A stretch of 64,000 nucleotides of DNA from an uncultured Actinomycetes bacterium (GTDB lineage Bacteria; Actinomycetota; Thermoleophilia; RBG-16-64-13), in the NCBI GenBank assembly GCA_963706025.1, contig CAVPLM010000003.1, positions 64,001-128,000 of the forward strand. The letters run 5' to 3'. The first letter of the stretch is position 1. Every line of letters begins with the position of its first letter. A program made the translations under genes and the position numbers. Positions 10,576-21,699 of the stretch are shown piece by piece. The notes under the pieces were generated by a model, which was not told the DNA's origin, searched no databases, and saw only the letters and a program-made list of their open reading frames with translations.

Positions 10576-11616
10576 CTAATCCCAGGCCTGGACCACCCCC
10601 AGCACCCCCAGGTCTTCCCCGCAAGTGGTACACAGCCCCCGTTCGACCCAGAGCTTCTCGATCTTGTGCTCGCCCCGTTGGATCACCGTGCGCCCACAGG
10701 CCGGACAGATGGTGTTCCGCGCAGGGTGACCCTGCACATTGCCGATGTAGACGAACCGCAGTCCGGCCGCCTTGCCCAGCGTCACGCCCCGCTCCAGTGC
10801 CTTGATCGGCGTAGGGGGAAGGTAGGAAAGCTCGAAATCCGGGAGAAAGCGGGTCACATGCCAGGGAGTCCCTGCTCCCAACTGCCCGCGCACCCAGCCG
10901 GCCATGGCCTTGAGACTGGCGTCGTCGTCGTTCAACCCCGGGACGATGTTGGAGACCACCTCTACGTGGCATCCGTGCTTCTGCCTGGCCCTTACCGCCG
11001 CTGCCAGAGCCGGGGTGGGATCCTTGACCTTGGTAAGACGGGCCCACCCTTCTGCCGTAGCCGCTTTGAGATCGAACTTGAAGGCGTCGACGACCGGGGC
11101 CACGTAGTCGAGAGCCGACTCGGCGACATAGGCCGCCGTGACGAGCGCCGTGTAGAGGCCCGCTTCCTTGAACGCCGAGCAGACATCGTGCACATACTCG
11201 ATCCAGACCACCGGGTCGTTGTAGGTGAAGGCCACGCCGGAAAGCTTGTGTTTGAGGGCCATGGCCACCGCGTCGCCGGCGGTGAGCACCGGCAACCGGG
11301 CCGTCTCTGTGCGGGCGCTGGCATGCGAAATCTGCCAGTTCTGGCAGCCGCTGCAGAGCACGTTGCAGCCGTAACTGCCGAGAGAGAGCGCGCGGGTGCC
11401 GGGGTGGAAGTGAAAGAACGGCTTCTTCTCGATCTCGTCGCTGATGATGGTCGCCGGCCGGTCGTAGGTGAGGCTGACCATCCGGCCGGCGCGCACTCCT
11501 CGCGCCCTGCACAGCCCCTCCGCATTCTCAGCCACCAGGCAATAGTGGGGACACAGCGTGCACCGGATCTTGTCGCCGCCGGCGTCTTCCCAGAAAAGAG
11601 CCTCGCCCGCGCTCAA
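10576..11616 (-). CDS. AmmeMemoRadiSam-system radical SAM enzyme
   Basis: N-terminal CTLCPHYC...GLC, IEKKPFFHFHPG, CNVLCSGCQNW (CxxxCxxC), AFTYNDP, YIGNV, CPACG, CTTCG; probable TTG start after GGAGAGG. Confidence 0.9.
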   Translation of the reverse strand: MSAGEALFWEDAGGDKIRCTLCPHYCLVAENAEGLCRARGVRAGRMVSLTYDRPATIISDEIEKKPFFHFHPGTRALSLGSYGCNVLCSGCQNWQISHASARTETARLPVLTAGDAVAMALKHKLSGVAFTYNDPVVWIEYVHDVCSAFKEAGLYTALVTAAYVAESALDYVAPVVDAFKFDLKAATAEGWARLTKVKDPTPALAAAVRARQKHGCHVEVVSNIVPGLNDDDASLKAMAGWVRGQLGAGTPWHVTRFLPDFELSYLPPTPIKALERGVTLGKAAGLRFVYIGNVQGHPARNTICPACGRTVIQRGEHKIEKLWVERGLCTTCGEDLGVLGVVQAWD

Positions 11617-11987
11617 CGCCCGCCGTCCTCTCCGGAATCGGCGCGCACCCGCGGATCGGTGTCCCTTTCGACCACCAGGAGCACTGCCGCGGACGCAAAC
11701 CCGCGCGCCGCGGACGCAAGGCCGCCTGCCGCGGCCGGGAACGACATCGCACCGACCGGGTCTTCTGATAGTGGATCTTCTGCTGAGGCCATGGGGCTCA
11801 TAATAGGTGGCCAAGTATACGCTCGCCGCGCTCGCGGCCTCCGAACGCGCCGAATAGTTAGACAGACTGGACCAAACCGTGATATTCATTCATAGTGGGT
11901 TTTGGTCAAGTGAATCGGGGGGTCCGGGTTTTCCTGCGAAGTAGTACTTTCGTCGGCGCCCGGTCACAGAATCAGGAGGTGGGAGCG

Positions 11988-12885
11988 TTGAAAAGGAAAC
12001 ATGTCCTATTGATCGCACTGGTCGTGCTGGTGCTGACTTTGGTCCCGGTCCTGTCCGCCTGCGGGGATGAGGAGGAGACGACGACCACAGCCGCCGCGAC
12101 AGAGACAACGGCGGCCGGGACTGAGACCACAGCCGCCGGTGACGACGCGGCCGCTATCGCGGACGCGGCCATCGCCGCGGTGACCAAGTCCGATGCCATC
12201 GAGACGCCCAAGACCATCACCGCGGGTAAGCTTCAGGCCGGGTCGGACACTGTCTTCGCCCCCATGGAATTCTCCGACGAGAAGGGGGGCTACATAGGGT
12301 TCGACGTGGATCTGTGCACTGCTCTGGCCAAGAAGATGGGCCTGGAGCTCGAGGTGGTCTCGACTGCTTGGGATGGCCTCATCTCGGGCCTGCTGGGGGA
12401 CCGTTGGGACATAATCATGTCGGGAATGAGCATAACTGAGGAGCGGCTGAAGGAAATCAACTTCACCGACCCGTACCTGCCGACCAACCTTGCGATCACC
12501 ACCAGAGTCGATGCCCCAATCGCCGACGCGGCAGGGCCTGGTCGGCAAGATAGTCGGTGTACAGGTCAACACCACGGGGCAGTTCGCGGTCGAGGAAATC
12601 GCCGGGGTCAAGGAGATCAAGAAGTACGACGACAGCCTGCTGGCAATCCAAGAACTACTGGCCGGGCGTGTGGACGCCGTGGTCAATGATTCCCCCGTGA
12701 ACTCGTACTACATCGCGGGCAAGCCGGAGTTTGCCAACACCGGCAAGATAGGAACGGATGACAACTACGGCTTCGGCATCAAGAAGGAGAACACCGACCT
12801 CCTTGCCGCGATGAACGCGGCGCTCGGGGAGCTCAAGGCCGACGGAGTCTACGACAAGATCCACGCCAAGTGGTTCGGCGAATGA
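11988..12885 (+). CDS. Amino-acid ABC transporter substrate-binding lipoprotein (frameshift near 12535, probably an error)
   Basis: RBS AGGAGG, TTG start, lipobox LSAC, Thr-rich linker, GFDVDL, WDGLI; continues in another frame as GLVGKIVGVQVNTTG...YDKIHAKWFG. Confidence 0.88.
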
Positions 12886-12913
12886 TACGGAGGGACGAAA
12901 GAGCCTGAGTCTG

Positions 12914-12950
12914 ACGGGGGCCGGCCCCAAGCATCCGGCCCCCGTTTCGT
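12914..12950 (+). terminator. Intra-operon stem-loop / partial terminator after the binding-protein gene
   Basis: ACGGGGGCCGG / CCGGCCCCCGT 11-bp stem followed by TTCGTCTTCT. Confidence 0.7.
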
Positions 12951-12977
12951 CTTCTCGACGGATGAGAGGAGCGCCAG

Positions 12978-13751
12978 TTGGGTAATCTGATCGAATACTA
13001 CTTCAACCCGGAAATCTTCAGAGAGTCCCTCTGGCTGCTCATCAAGACCCTGCCTATAGTGTTCGAGGTGCTCGTCATGGGCCTCGTTCTCTCCTACGCC
13101 TGGGGCTTGCTGCTCGCACTGATGCGTCTGTCGCGCGTTGGGGTTGTCAACAAGGTGGCGGGTGCCTACATCGATTTCTTCCGCGGCTTGCCTCTGCTTC
13201 TGCTGTTCATCTTCATCTACTACGGCCTCGCGATTGCCGGAATCAAGCTCAGCGCCATCGCTTCCGGGGTGCTGGGGCTGACCCTCTGTTACGGCGCCTA
13301 TTCGGCCGAGATCTTCCGAGCGGGCATCCAGGCCATCCCCAAAGGCCAGATGGAGGCGGCGCGCTCACTCGGCATGACCGGCAGCCAAGCGATGCTCAAT
13401 GTCATACTGCCCCAGGCAATCAAGCTTGTGATCCCGCCGTTGACGAACGAGTTCATCGCCATGATCAAGGACACCTCTCTGATGTCGGTGATCGCCGTTC
13501 CGGAACTGCTCTTCACAGCCAAGGAGAAGATGGGGGTGACCGCCAATCCGACCCCTCTCACTGTGGCGGCGATCATCTACGTCGTCTTCACCATACCGCT
13601 GATCCGGGTAGCCGCACGTCTCGAGACCCGAAGGAGAAAGCCGCGGCCACCGGACCGGCCGGCAACGGCAGGCGACATCTCCCCCGAAGCGGAGGCGCAG
13701 CTTCATTCCGCTGATATCGCCGGGCAAATGCCCAAGGGAGGGTATGGGTGA
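12978..13751 (+). CDS. Amino-acid ABC transporter permease
   Basis: [33 protein letters not shown] (EAA motif), KDTSL. Confidence 0.95.
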   Translation: MGNLIEYYFNPEIFRESLWLLIKTLPIVFEVLVMGLVLSYAWGLLLALMRLSRVGVVNKVAGAYIDFFRGLPLLLLFIFIYYGLAIAGIKLSAIASGVLGLTLCYGAYSAEIFRAGIQAIPKGQMEAARSLGMTGSQAMLNVILPQAIKLVIPPLTNEFIAMIKDTSLMSVIAVPELLFTAKEKMGVTANPTPLTVAAIIYVVFTIPLIRVAARLETRRRKPRPPDRPATAGDISPEAEAQLHSADIAGQMPKGGYG

Positions 13752-14487
13752 GACTTTGACTGCGATGATCGAGCTCATTGACGTTCACAAATCCTTCGGG
13801 CAGCTGGAGGTGCTCAAGGGGGTGGACCTCACTGTCACCAAGAAGGAAGTGGTCGTGGTCATCGGTGTGTCCGGATCAGGCAAGTCGACCATGCTGCGCT
13901 GCATAAACGGGTTGGAGCCGATCCAGAAGGGCAAAGTACTCATCGAGGGCGAGGATCTCCACGGCCCACACACCGATCCCAACAAGATCCGCCAGCGCAT
14001 CGGTATGGTCTTCCAGAGCTTCAATCTCTTCCCTCACAAGAACGCCTTGCAGAACGTGATGATGGCCCCGCTCAAAGTCCAGAAGAAACCAAAAGAGGAG
14101 GTCGAGCAGATCGCGCATGATCTCCTCATCAAAGTGGGTCTGGCCGAGAAGGCCGATGCGTACCCGGACGAGCTCTCTGGGGGCCAGCAGCAGCGGGTCG
14201 CCATCGCCCGCGCCCTGGCCATGCAGCCGGACATGATGCTGTTCGACGAGGTGACCTCCGCCCTGGACCCCGAACTGGTTGCCGAGGTGCTGACCGTCAT
14301 GCAGCTCCTGGCCGAAGCCGGCATGACCATGGTGGTGGTGACACACGAGATGGGCTTCGCCCGCGAGGTGGGTTCGAGGCTGATCTTCATGGACGGCGGC
14401 GTGATCGTCGAAGAGGGCGACCCTCGGGAGATGATCGTGAACCCCAAGGAGCCGCGCACGCAGAAGTTCCTGAGCATGGTGCTCTAG
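13744..14487 (+). CDS. Amino-acid ABC transporter ATP-binding protein (GlnQ family)
   Basis: [38 protein letters not shown]. Confidence 0.95.
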   Translation: MGETLTAMIELIDVHKSFGQLEVLKGVDLTVTKKEVVVVIGVSGSGKSTMLRCINGLEPIQKGKVLIEGEDLHGPHTDPNKIRQRIGMVFQSFNLFPHKNALQNVMMAPLKVQKKPKEEVEQIAHDLLIKVGLAEKADAYPDELSGGQQQRVAIARALAMQPDMMLFDEVTSALDPELVAEVLTVMQLLAEAGMTMVVVTHEMGFAREVGSRLIFMDGGVIVEEGDPREMIVNPKEPRTQKFLSMVL

Positions 14488-14541
14488 GGAGCGGGCGCAG
14501 AAGCCGGCCCGCGTTCATCCGGTGCGCTGTCACCGGCGGCG

Positions 14542-15301
14542 CTACGGTTCCTTCGACTCCTCCACCGCCAGCTCGTCGACAACCGGCTGGTCCACGACCG
14601 GCTTCTCGGCCCCGGCTCCAGTTCGTGTTCCCCGGTCGCAGGCTCGTCCAACCCCGACTCCCCTGGCGGCCGGGTCGGCCGACGCCGGCGCCAGCGCACG
14701 AGTCCCCAGGCGATGAGCGCTACCACGACCACGCCCAGCACTATGTAGAAGATGTGGTTGTAGCGGCTGAATTGCTCCTGCAGCCTTGCCCCAGGGATCT
14801 TCACCGGCCGCTTTGCCGGCCACGTAGCCCAGGTAGGCGAGACGCGGCGTTCCAGGGGATGGAGCCTAGAGCTGAATAGAGCAAGAACTTGCCGAACGGC
14901 ATCCGGGCTATACCCGCCGGCAGAGAGATGAAGGTGCGCACTCCCGGCATCATGCGGGTGAAGAAGACCGTCACCTCCCCGTGTCGATCGAACCAGCGCT
15001 CGGCCTTGTCCAGGTGGTGGGGGGACACGAGAACGTAGCGGCCGTATCTCAGGAATAGCGCCCGTCCCCCATAGCGCCCTACGGCGTAAGCGATGCTCGA
15101 GCCGATCAGGTTCGCGACTGTGGCCACCGTAATGACCATCCAGAGCTCCGTGTGGCCCTGAGCGGCCAGGAATCCCCCGTAGGGGACGACGATCTCGCTG
15201 GGTATGGGGATGCAGGCGCTCTCGGCCGTCATCGTCAGAAAGACGATCAGAAGACCGTAGTTCTCCAACAGAGGGATGAGCCAGTCCTGGAAGAAACTCA
15301 T
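14542..15301 (-). CDS. DedA-family membrane protein (2-3 frameshifts in the 3' part)
   Basis: ESACIPIPSEIV, FFTRMMPGVRTFISLPAG; C-terminal part split across frames near 14840, 14785 and 14610. Confidence 0.85.
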
Positions 15302-15411
15302 GGCCGGCTATTCTACAGGAGGCCGCGTCAGATCGACGCGAGACATGGTGGCTACCCGGGCTCTCGGACGATGCCCCGGAGTCGGGTCCCGGGTCGTGCC
15401 GAAGGGGTGGC

Positions 15412-15939
15412 CTAGAAACCTGCATTGTCGAGCGTCCGCTGCATATTGTCCCAGTGAGTAGCCGGCCAGGTGACCCGGTCGCAGGTGGGACAGTACGTGA
15501 ACCTGGTCTGAGTCTGAGCCACGTAGCGCGGGACACGTTCTCTCACCTCGTACGGGGCGCGCAGTTCGAGCCGACCGTTGCAGACCAGGCACCGAGGTTC
15601 GCCTCGGCGCCGCAGTCCCTCCTCGGAGCGGAGTTGCTGCAGTTGCTCGGCAAGAAGATCCGCGCGCACCAGGACGGCCCGCACGTGGCCGCGCCGAACG
15701 GGCCGGCGCTCCACGAGCAGAGTGTCGCGGGTGAGGACGACCCGGTCCTCCTCAGCAGCGCGCGCAAGCACCGCCGCCGGGGCCCCGGACCGGTCCCAAA
15801 CCGTGTCGTATCCCAGCAGACGCAGCCAGCGCACCAGCCGGCCCAGCGTGCGGTCTACGAGAAACCGTGATGGCTCCATGCTCGCGCCCGCCGGCGCATC
15901 CTCGCGGATGTCGCCAATGGCATCCTCCGTGCCCGCCAT
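15412..15939 (-). CDS. Mut7-C RNase-domain protein (PIN-like fold plus Zn ribbon)
   Basis: FLVDRTLGRLVRWLRLLGYDT, VLTRD, RCLVCN, CPTC..VTW..THW; start uncertain (15879 or 15939). Confidence 0.88.
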   Translation of the reverse strand: MAGTEDAIGDIREDAPAGASMEPSRFLVDRTLGRLVRWLRLLGYDTVWDRSGAPAAVLARAAEEDRVVLTRDTLLVERRPVRRGHVRAVLVRADLLAEQLQQLRSEEGLRRRGEPRCLVCNGRLELRAPYEVRERVPRYVAQTQTRFTYCPTCDRVTWPATHWDNMQRTLDNAGF

Positions 15940-15959
15940 GCCGCCACCCAGGTCCGGCC

Positions 15960-16298
15960 TCAGAAGGGCCCCTCCAGTCGTCTCAGTGCCTGTTCGAAGC
16001 ATTCTCGCAGCCGGTCCTCGACATCCTCGTAGTCTACGTATTCGGGCGCGGTCTCGTAACCTCTCCGGCGGTGCCGCAGATCCTGCTCCACCTGACCGGC
16101 CAGATGCGTGGTCTCGTCGTCCAACCGGCGCATGAACTCGTCCGGACCCAGCTGCTCAAGGAGAGCCGATAGATAGGCGAGGCATGCGGTGAAGGCCTCG
16201 GTGGGATCGGCGATACCCGCCGACGGCAGTTCCAAGAAATAGTCGGCGAAGGCCCGTTTGAACGCCAGCCGCGCCTCTTGCGGAGAACCTTGGGCCAT
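15960..16298 (-). CDS. Hypothetical helical protein
   Basis: 112-aa ORF packed tightly between two same-strand genes. Confidence 0.65.
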   Translation of the reverse strand: MAQGSPQEARLAFKRAFADYFLELPSAGIADPTEAFTACLAYLSALLEQLGPDEFMRRLDDETTHLAGQVEQDLRHRRRGYETAPEYVDYEDVEDRLRECFEQALRRLEGPF

Positions 16299-16305
16299 GG
16301 AGACC

Positions 16306-16785
16306 TTACGGGGTGTAGGCCACCTCGCGCCAAGAAGGATGAGGGGGCGGACCTATGTGGCGGGAGCGGTGACCGGTGGGGAAGTAGACGAAAGAACCCG
16401 ATTCATCGTCGAACGCGACCTCGAGTTGTCCTTCGATCAAGCGCAGATCGAGCCACGCACCGCGAAAGACCAGCTCGCGGAGCCAGTACACCAGGCATTC
16501 CCCGTGCAGGGTGAGCACCTCTTCGCCTCGTTGGAGAAGATACTCTCCCAGTGGGCTGACGGGGAATTCGATGCCGCCCGCGGCCACCAACTGCACCAGA
16601 TCTGCCCGTTCGTCCTGGCGCAGCGTGCCAGGATCGACCAGTCCCAGCTCCACGGCGGCCATCTCCACCCGTTGGGAGAAGTCCACGCTATTGAACCCAT
16701 AGCGGAAGCTGCGGAACTCGAGGACGTAGTCCTCGCCGGATGAGTAGTTGGGATGGGTGTGCCGGTTCTCGGGCGCCATTGACAT
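16306..16785 (-). CDS. Conserved hypothetical protein
   Basis: Globular composition (NYSSGEDYVLEF...LVYWLRELVFRGAWLD); TACAAT upstream. Confidence 0.7.
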   Translation of the reverse strand: MSMAPENRHTHPNYSSGEDYVLEFRSFRYGFNSVDFSQRVEMAAVELGLVDPGTLRQDERADLVQLVAAGGIEFPVSPLGEYLLQRGEEVLTLHGECLVYWLRELVFRGAWLDLRLIEGQLEVAFDDESGSFVYFPTGHRSRHIGPPPHPSWREVAYTP

Positions 16786-16902
16786 CCCCCGGAACGTTCG
16801 CTCGATCGCTGCTTCATTATTGTAGCAAGGAGAGAGGCCCGCTGTGACCAGAGCCCCACGTGCTCGCTTGTGCGAGTAGCGGCGACGATTCATAATGAGG
16901 CC

Positions 16903-17613
16903 ATGAAAGCACCGACACGCCTGATCGCGACCGCGCTCGTTTCTTTCCTGCTGGTAGCCGCCCTGACCGGGGTGACTGCTTGTGACGACACGAGCAGCGA
17001 CGTCGACCCGGACGCTGTCCTCGCCCAGGCCTCGGCCAACATGAAGGAGATCGCGGGCTTTCACTTCGTCTACGAGGTGCACCAGCCGTCATCGGCGGAG
17101 CCCGGCTCCGGCCTCTACATCGCCCGCATCACCGGTGACGTCAACTCCGAGGGCAGCATGCAGGGCACCGTCGACGCCACCTTCGGCGGCATCCCCGTGT
17201 CGATCGGGCTCGTGGTCATCGGCGATACATACTACATCCAAGACCCTTTGTCGAAGAAATGGCAGACTCTCGCGGCAGCGGACAGCCCGGTGGGCAAGCT
17301 GAACCTCCAGGCGGGGACCATCCAGATCCTCGAGCGCATCACCGACACCTCCTATGAGGGCACGGAGAGCAAGGGCGGTACCGAGACCTACCACATCAGC
17401 GGCAAGGTCGCGGCCGAAGAGGTGAAGGCGATCGCGGGACTCGTGGACACTACCGACAGCTTCCCCACGGATATCTGGGTAGGTGTCGAAGACTACCTGG
17501 TTTACGAAGTCGACATCGAAGGAGCGGCGACCCCTAACGAGGATCCCGATATCTGGCGGAGCATCATTCTCTCCGATCTGGACGTCTTCGTAGACATCCA
17601 ACCGCCGCAATAG
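16903..17613 (+). CDS. LppX/LprAFG-family lipoprotein
   Basis: Lipobox VTAC, beta-rich body, ETYHISGKV; CATAAT 6 nt before ATG. Confidence 0.8.
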   Translation: MKAPTRLIATALVSFLLVAALTGVTACDDTSSDVDPDAVLAQASANMKEIAGFHFVYEVHQPSSAEPGSGLYIARITGDVNSEGSMQGTVDATFGGIPVSIGLVVIGDTYYIQDPLSKKWQTLAAADSPVGKLNLQAGTIQILERITDTSYEGTESKGGTETYHISGKVAAEEVKAIAGLVDTTDSFPTDIWVGVEDYLVYEVDIEGAATPNEDPDIWRSIILSDLDVFVDIQPPQ

Positions 17614-17615
17614 TC

Positions 17616-19239
17616 GTGGAAACGCAGGCGGCCATGATCGAGGCCGTACCCACGCGAGTCCCCCGCAGGGCGATTCTCGCCATGGCAGCTTTGTGCGTGG
17701 CCGTGTTCGTCGCCGCCCTCGATCAGACCATGGTCCTCACGGTCATGCCGGCCATGATGGTGTCCTTCTACATCGATCTGGCCCGCATCAACGACGCCGG
17801 CTGGATCATCACCGGCTACCTCCTCGGCTACACGATAGCGATGCCGCTGTTCGGCCGCCTGGCCGACGTGTACGGGCGGCGCTCCATGTGCATCGTGGCC
17901 TTGGGGCTGTTCATGATAGGGAGCGCATTCTGCGTCGTCCTCACCCAACTTGATCTATTCGTCGCCGCCCGGGTGGTGCAGGCGATGGGTGGAGGGGCTC
18001 TGGTGCCCATCGCCATGGCCGCAGCCGCCGACATGTTCCCTGTGGAGCGGCGGGCTCTCATCCTCGGCATCATCGGCGGGTCCGCCGAGGCGGGCGGGGT
18101 CCTAGGCCCCATATACGGAGCTTCTCTGGCCCTCTTGTGGAACTGGCGTCTGATCTTCTTGGTCAACATACCCTTGTGTCTGTTCCTCATCGCGGTCTGC
18201 TGGCGACTGCTGCGGCCGGGAGCGATACCCAGCCAACGGGACGATCGCGGCGAAGCCGTGGAGCTGGAACCCATCCCAGGGAGCGGGAAGACCCGGTGGT
18301 GGCAGAAAGGACGGGTCGACTACGTCGGAGCCGCTCTGATGGCCCTCGCTCTCGCCGGGGTCACCATCGGGCTGGGCACGGGTACCCAGACGGTGGGCGC
18401 CGGCAACGCGACCGCGTCGACACCGGTGCGGTGGCCCTGGCTGGTGGTAAGCGCCGCAGCCTTCGTCGCCTTCGTGCTTTTCGAGCGGCGCCACCCGAGA
18501 CCCCTCATCCGCCTGGACTTCTTCAAGCGCCCGCCCTTCGCCGCCGCCAACATCGCCCACTTCCTCGTGGGCGCAGCCTCTGATCATCGGGATGGTGGAG
18601 ATACCCCTCTATGCGTATACGCTCTTCGGCATGACGCAGATCGAAGGGGGCCTGCTTCTCATCCGCTTGACGCTCATGATCCCGGTGGGAGCGGTGATCG
18701 GAGGGTGGCTGGCGGACTACGTCGGTTACCGGGCTACGGCCGTGCTGGGGTTCCTCATCACTTGCGGGGGCTATCTGCTGGTCAGCCGCTGGCCACTCGA
18801 GCCGACCGGGCTCACCATGACCAGAGACCTGATGATCAGTGGGTTCGGCTTCGGCCTGGTGGTCGGCCCCATCGGCGCCACCGCCATATCCTCAGTGGGT
18901 AGGCGGTGGATGACCACGGGGTCGGCGCTGGTGACCGTCTCGCGCATGATCGGCATGGTGGTGGGTCTCTCCGCCCTTAGCTCGTGGGGGGTCCGTCGCT
19001 TCAACGCCCTGGTGGCGAACATCACCACTCCCATCTTCAGGCCGCCCGGCCTCACCGACGCGGAGTGGCAGGCCAGGGTCGACGCGGCCACGGCCGCCAC
19101 CAAAGCTGCCGGCCACGCCGTTTTCAGCGACTTCTTCGTCATTGCAGCTATCATCATCGGCCTGGCGGTGATCCCGGCGATGTTCTTCTACAGCAAGAAG
19201 GCCAGGGGAGCGTCGCGACTTCCCTTCTTGCCCCATTGA
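17616..19239 (+). CDS. DHA2-type MFS transporter, Rv1410c/P55-like (frameshift near 18580)
   Basis: AALDQT, GYLLGY.IAMPLFGRLADVYGRR, EAGGVLGPIYG; the second half continues in ORF 18592-19239. Confidence 0.88.
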
Positions 19240-19383
19240 CCTCGACGATCCCCCCAGCCCGCCAACACGGCGAGAGGCGCGGAAGGAGAAGGGGTGAGGT
19301 CAGGCGGCGTGAATTGAAGCGACGACTCCCTGTCCGAGCGCTCGGCTAGAATTGGCAAGACCAGCGATACGAAGCGAGGTGCC

Positions 19384-20422
19384 GTGAAGCGAAGACCAAC
19401 TCGATCTGGGAACGCCGTTCGATCCGGATCTTCCCGCCGAGCCCACGCGGGTAGCGATCTGCGACCTGTCGCCCGGCACCCTTGTGAACGGCGTCTATAT
19501 GCTTGCCGCGAGAGAGACCCGGAACACCAAAGCCGGCAAACCCTTCTTCAAGCTGCGACTCAGCGACCGCACCGGTACCATCGACTGCACGGTCTGGGAG
19601 ACCGAGGCGCTGGAACCCGGTCTCAAGCCTGGAGACCTGGTACAGGTCGCGGCCCGGGTCTCCGAGTATCTGGGCAAGCCGCAACTAGAAGCTACCGCCG
19701 TGTCTTCCGCGCCGCCCGGAGCGGCCCGGCCCCGGGATTTCCTGCCCTCCACCTACCGCGACATCGAGGAGCTGAGGGGCTTCCTACAGTTTCACATCGA
19801 TTCGGTGACCGACCGAGACTACAGCGCTCTCCTGGCCCGTTTCTTCGGAGAGGCCGGATTCATGGAGACCTTCACCACGGCGCCGGCAGCCAAGCTCTAC
19901 CATCACGCCTACCTGGGTGGATTGGTGGAGCACACCGTGGCCGTGGCCGAGATGTGTGAGTTCGTCGCTCAGCAGTACGGCCGGGTCGATCGCGATCTGC
20001 TGCTCACCGCCGCCCTCTTGCATGACGTAGGCAAGACCCAGGAACTGTCCTTTGAGACCGTGATCGATTTCACCGATTCCGGACGCTTCCTCGGTCATGT
20101 CATCCAGGGGGTCACCTTGGTGTCCGAGAGGGCCAAGGAGGTGCCGTCGTTTCCGGAGGCCAAACTCCAGCAGCTGCTCCACTGCATCGTCAGTCACCAC
20201 GGAGAGCTGGAATGGGGATCCCCCAAGCGGCCCAAGACCCTCGAAGCTCTCATACTCCACCATGTCGACAACCTCGACGCCAAGGTCAAGGGCTTCCTCG
20301 AGATCGTCGATGGATCGCGCGACGCCCCTTGGACGGATCTCCGCAACCTTTTCCGGAGGCCCTTGCACGTGCCCAAGGCGACCCATCAGGAGGACGACTT
20401 CCTGCCCCCGAGCGAAGACTAG
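19384..20422 (+). CDS. YhaM-like 3'-5' exoribonuclease (OB fold plus HD domain)
   Basis: LSDRTG.I, APAAKLYHHAYLGGLVEHT, LLHDVGK, SHHG.LEWGSP, DNLDAK. Likely start is GTG at 19384 after GAGGT, with one extra base right after it. Confidence 0.9.
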
Positions 20423-20465
20423 CCCGAGGCGCGCGCCCGAGGGACGCGGCCGAGCGATGCGGCTC

Positions 20466-21566
20466 CTAGCTTTCTTCTTCGCGCAGGGTCTCGTCGATGG
20501 TCTGAACGATCTCGCCGTCGACCTCGGTCGGAGCCGGCAGCTTGACGCCTGCGTCCTCCGGGTCCCGTCCCAACAGCGCCGATTCGCCCGTCATCATGGC
20601 ATCGAAGGCTTTGGCCTTCAGACGGCTCCGGGTCTCCTCGATGCGACCCCGCATGGCTTCGTAGTCCACGCCCAATCCTTCCGCCCCCGCCGGGGGATAT
20701 TCCTCCGCCTCAACCACGCTGGGGAAGTCAGAATCGCCCACCGTGGACGCCGTCGATCCCTGGATCTCCGACGCGGGTCCTTCCTCTGCTGAAGGCTCGA
20801 CCGCCAATGCCTCGCCGATTACCGGCTCGAATCCAGACGTCGCGGCAGCTTCCGCGCCCGCCACGCCGCTCCCGACGATGAAAGGCTGCTCGAGCTCACG
20901 CCGGATGCGACGGCGCGTCTCTTCGATACGAGCCTTGAGATCGTCCGCCAGAGTGACAATAGGAGCGGCTTCGATCTCCACCAGCTCGGCCTCCGGCTCC
21001 TCGGCCTCCGGCTCCTCGACCGCCGGCTCCTCGACCGGGGGCTCCGCGACCGCCGGCTCCCCTAACTCCACCTCTTCGATGGCCGCAGCCTCGACGTCCG
21101 GTTCCACCTCAGGTTCCACCGCAGGGATCTCCGCCCACACAGGTATACCTTCAGCGTCCAGGGGTTCTACCTCCACTGAGGCGTAGGGTTCCATCTCCGC
21201 GGGCATAGGGGGCATCATCTCTTCCAGGGCTTCTTCCTCCCCAGGGGTCGCGGATGGTTCCCAACCGGCGCCAGGTAGCGGCTCTTCTAGCAGCTCCGGG
21301 GCGGCAAAGACCTCCGCTTCGGTCGCAAGACCGGCCGCGGCGAAGTCGTACTCGGAGGCTTCGGCCGTCCACGGCACCGTCTCGGCGACCTCACCCCCAA
21401 AGCTCGGGGACACCGTCGCGCCCTGCGGGGAGACCGGCTGCGAGGAAGGCGACCAGAGGTCTTTCCAGTCCTTCCGCGCGTTCTTCTGAAAGAACAGAAA
21501 CCCCAGGGCGACTCCCAGAGCGACTCCCAGTAGGGTTCCCTCAAGGAATCTTGTCGTACTGCGCAT
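20466..21566 (-). CDS. Hypothetical membrane-anchored acidic, Pro/Glu-rich protein with two RIEETR coiled-coil motifs
   Basis: RBS AGGAGG; TM GTLLGVALGVALGFLFF; DDLKARIEETRRRI and EAMRGRIEETRSRL. Confidence 0.75.
   Translation of the reverse strand: MRSTTRFLEGTLLGVALGVALGFLFFQKNARKDWKDLWSPSSQPVSPQGATVSPSFGGEVAETVPWTAEASEYDFAAAGLATEAEVFAAPELLEEPLPGAGWEPSATPGEEEALEEMMPPMPAEMEPYASVEVEPLDAEGIPVWAEIPAVEPEVEPDVEAAAIEEVELGEPAVAEPPVEEPAVEEPEAEEPEAELVEIEAAPIVTLADDLKARIEETRRRIRRELEQPFIVGSGVAGAEAAATSGFEPVIGEALAVEPSAEEGPASEIQGSTASTVGDSDFPSVVEAEEYPPAGAEGLGVDYEAMRGRIEETRSRLKAKAFDAMMTGESALLGRDPEDAGVKLPAPTEVDGEIVQTIDETLREEES
20990..21060. repeat. Degenerate 15-bp coding tandem repeat (EEP-A/E-V/A)
   Basis: About 5 units of CCGGCTCCTCGRCCx. 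Confidence 0.7.
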
Positions 21567-21699
21567 CGCGATTCCCCTCCTTGTTACCTGTCGATCTCCG
21601 CCGGCTCTGCTCGACCAGGTCAATTCTAATCCGAGTCACCACTTCTCGCCCGCTGCCCGCTTTCCTTGTATCCCGGCTTCGAATCGAGGCGATGGTCTT

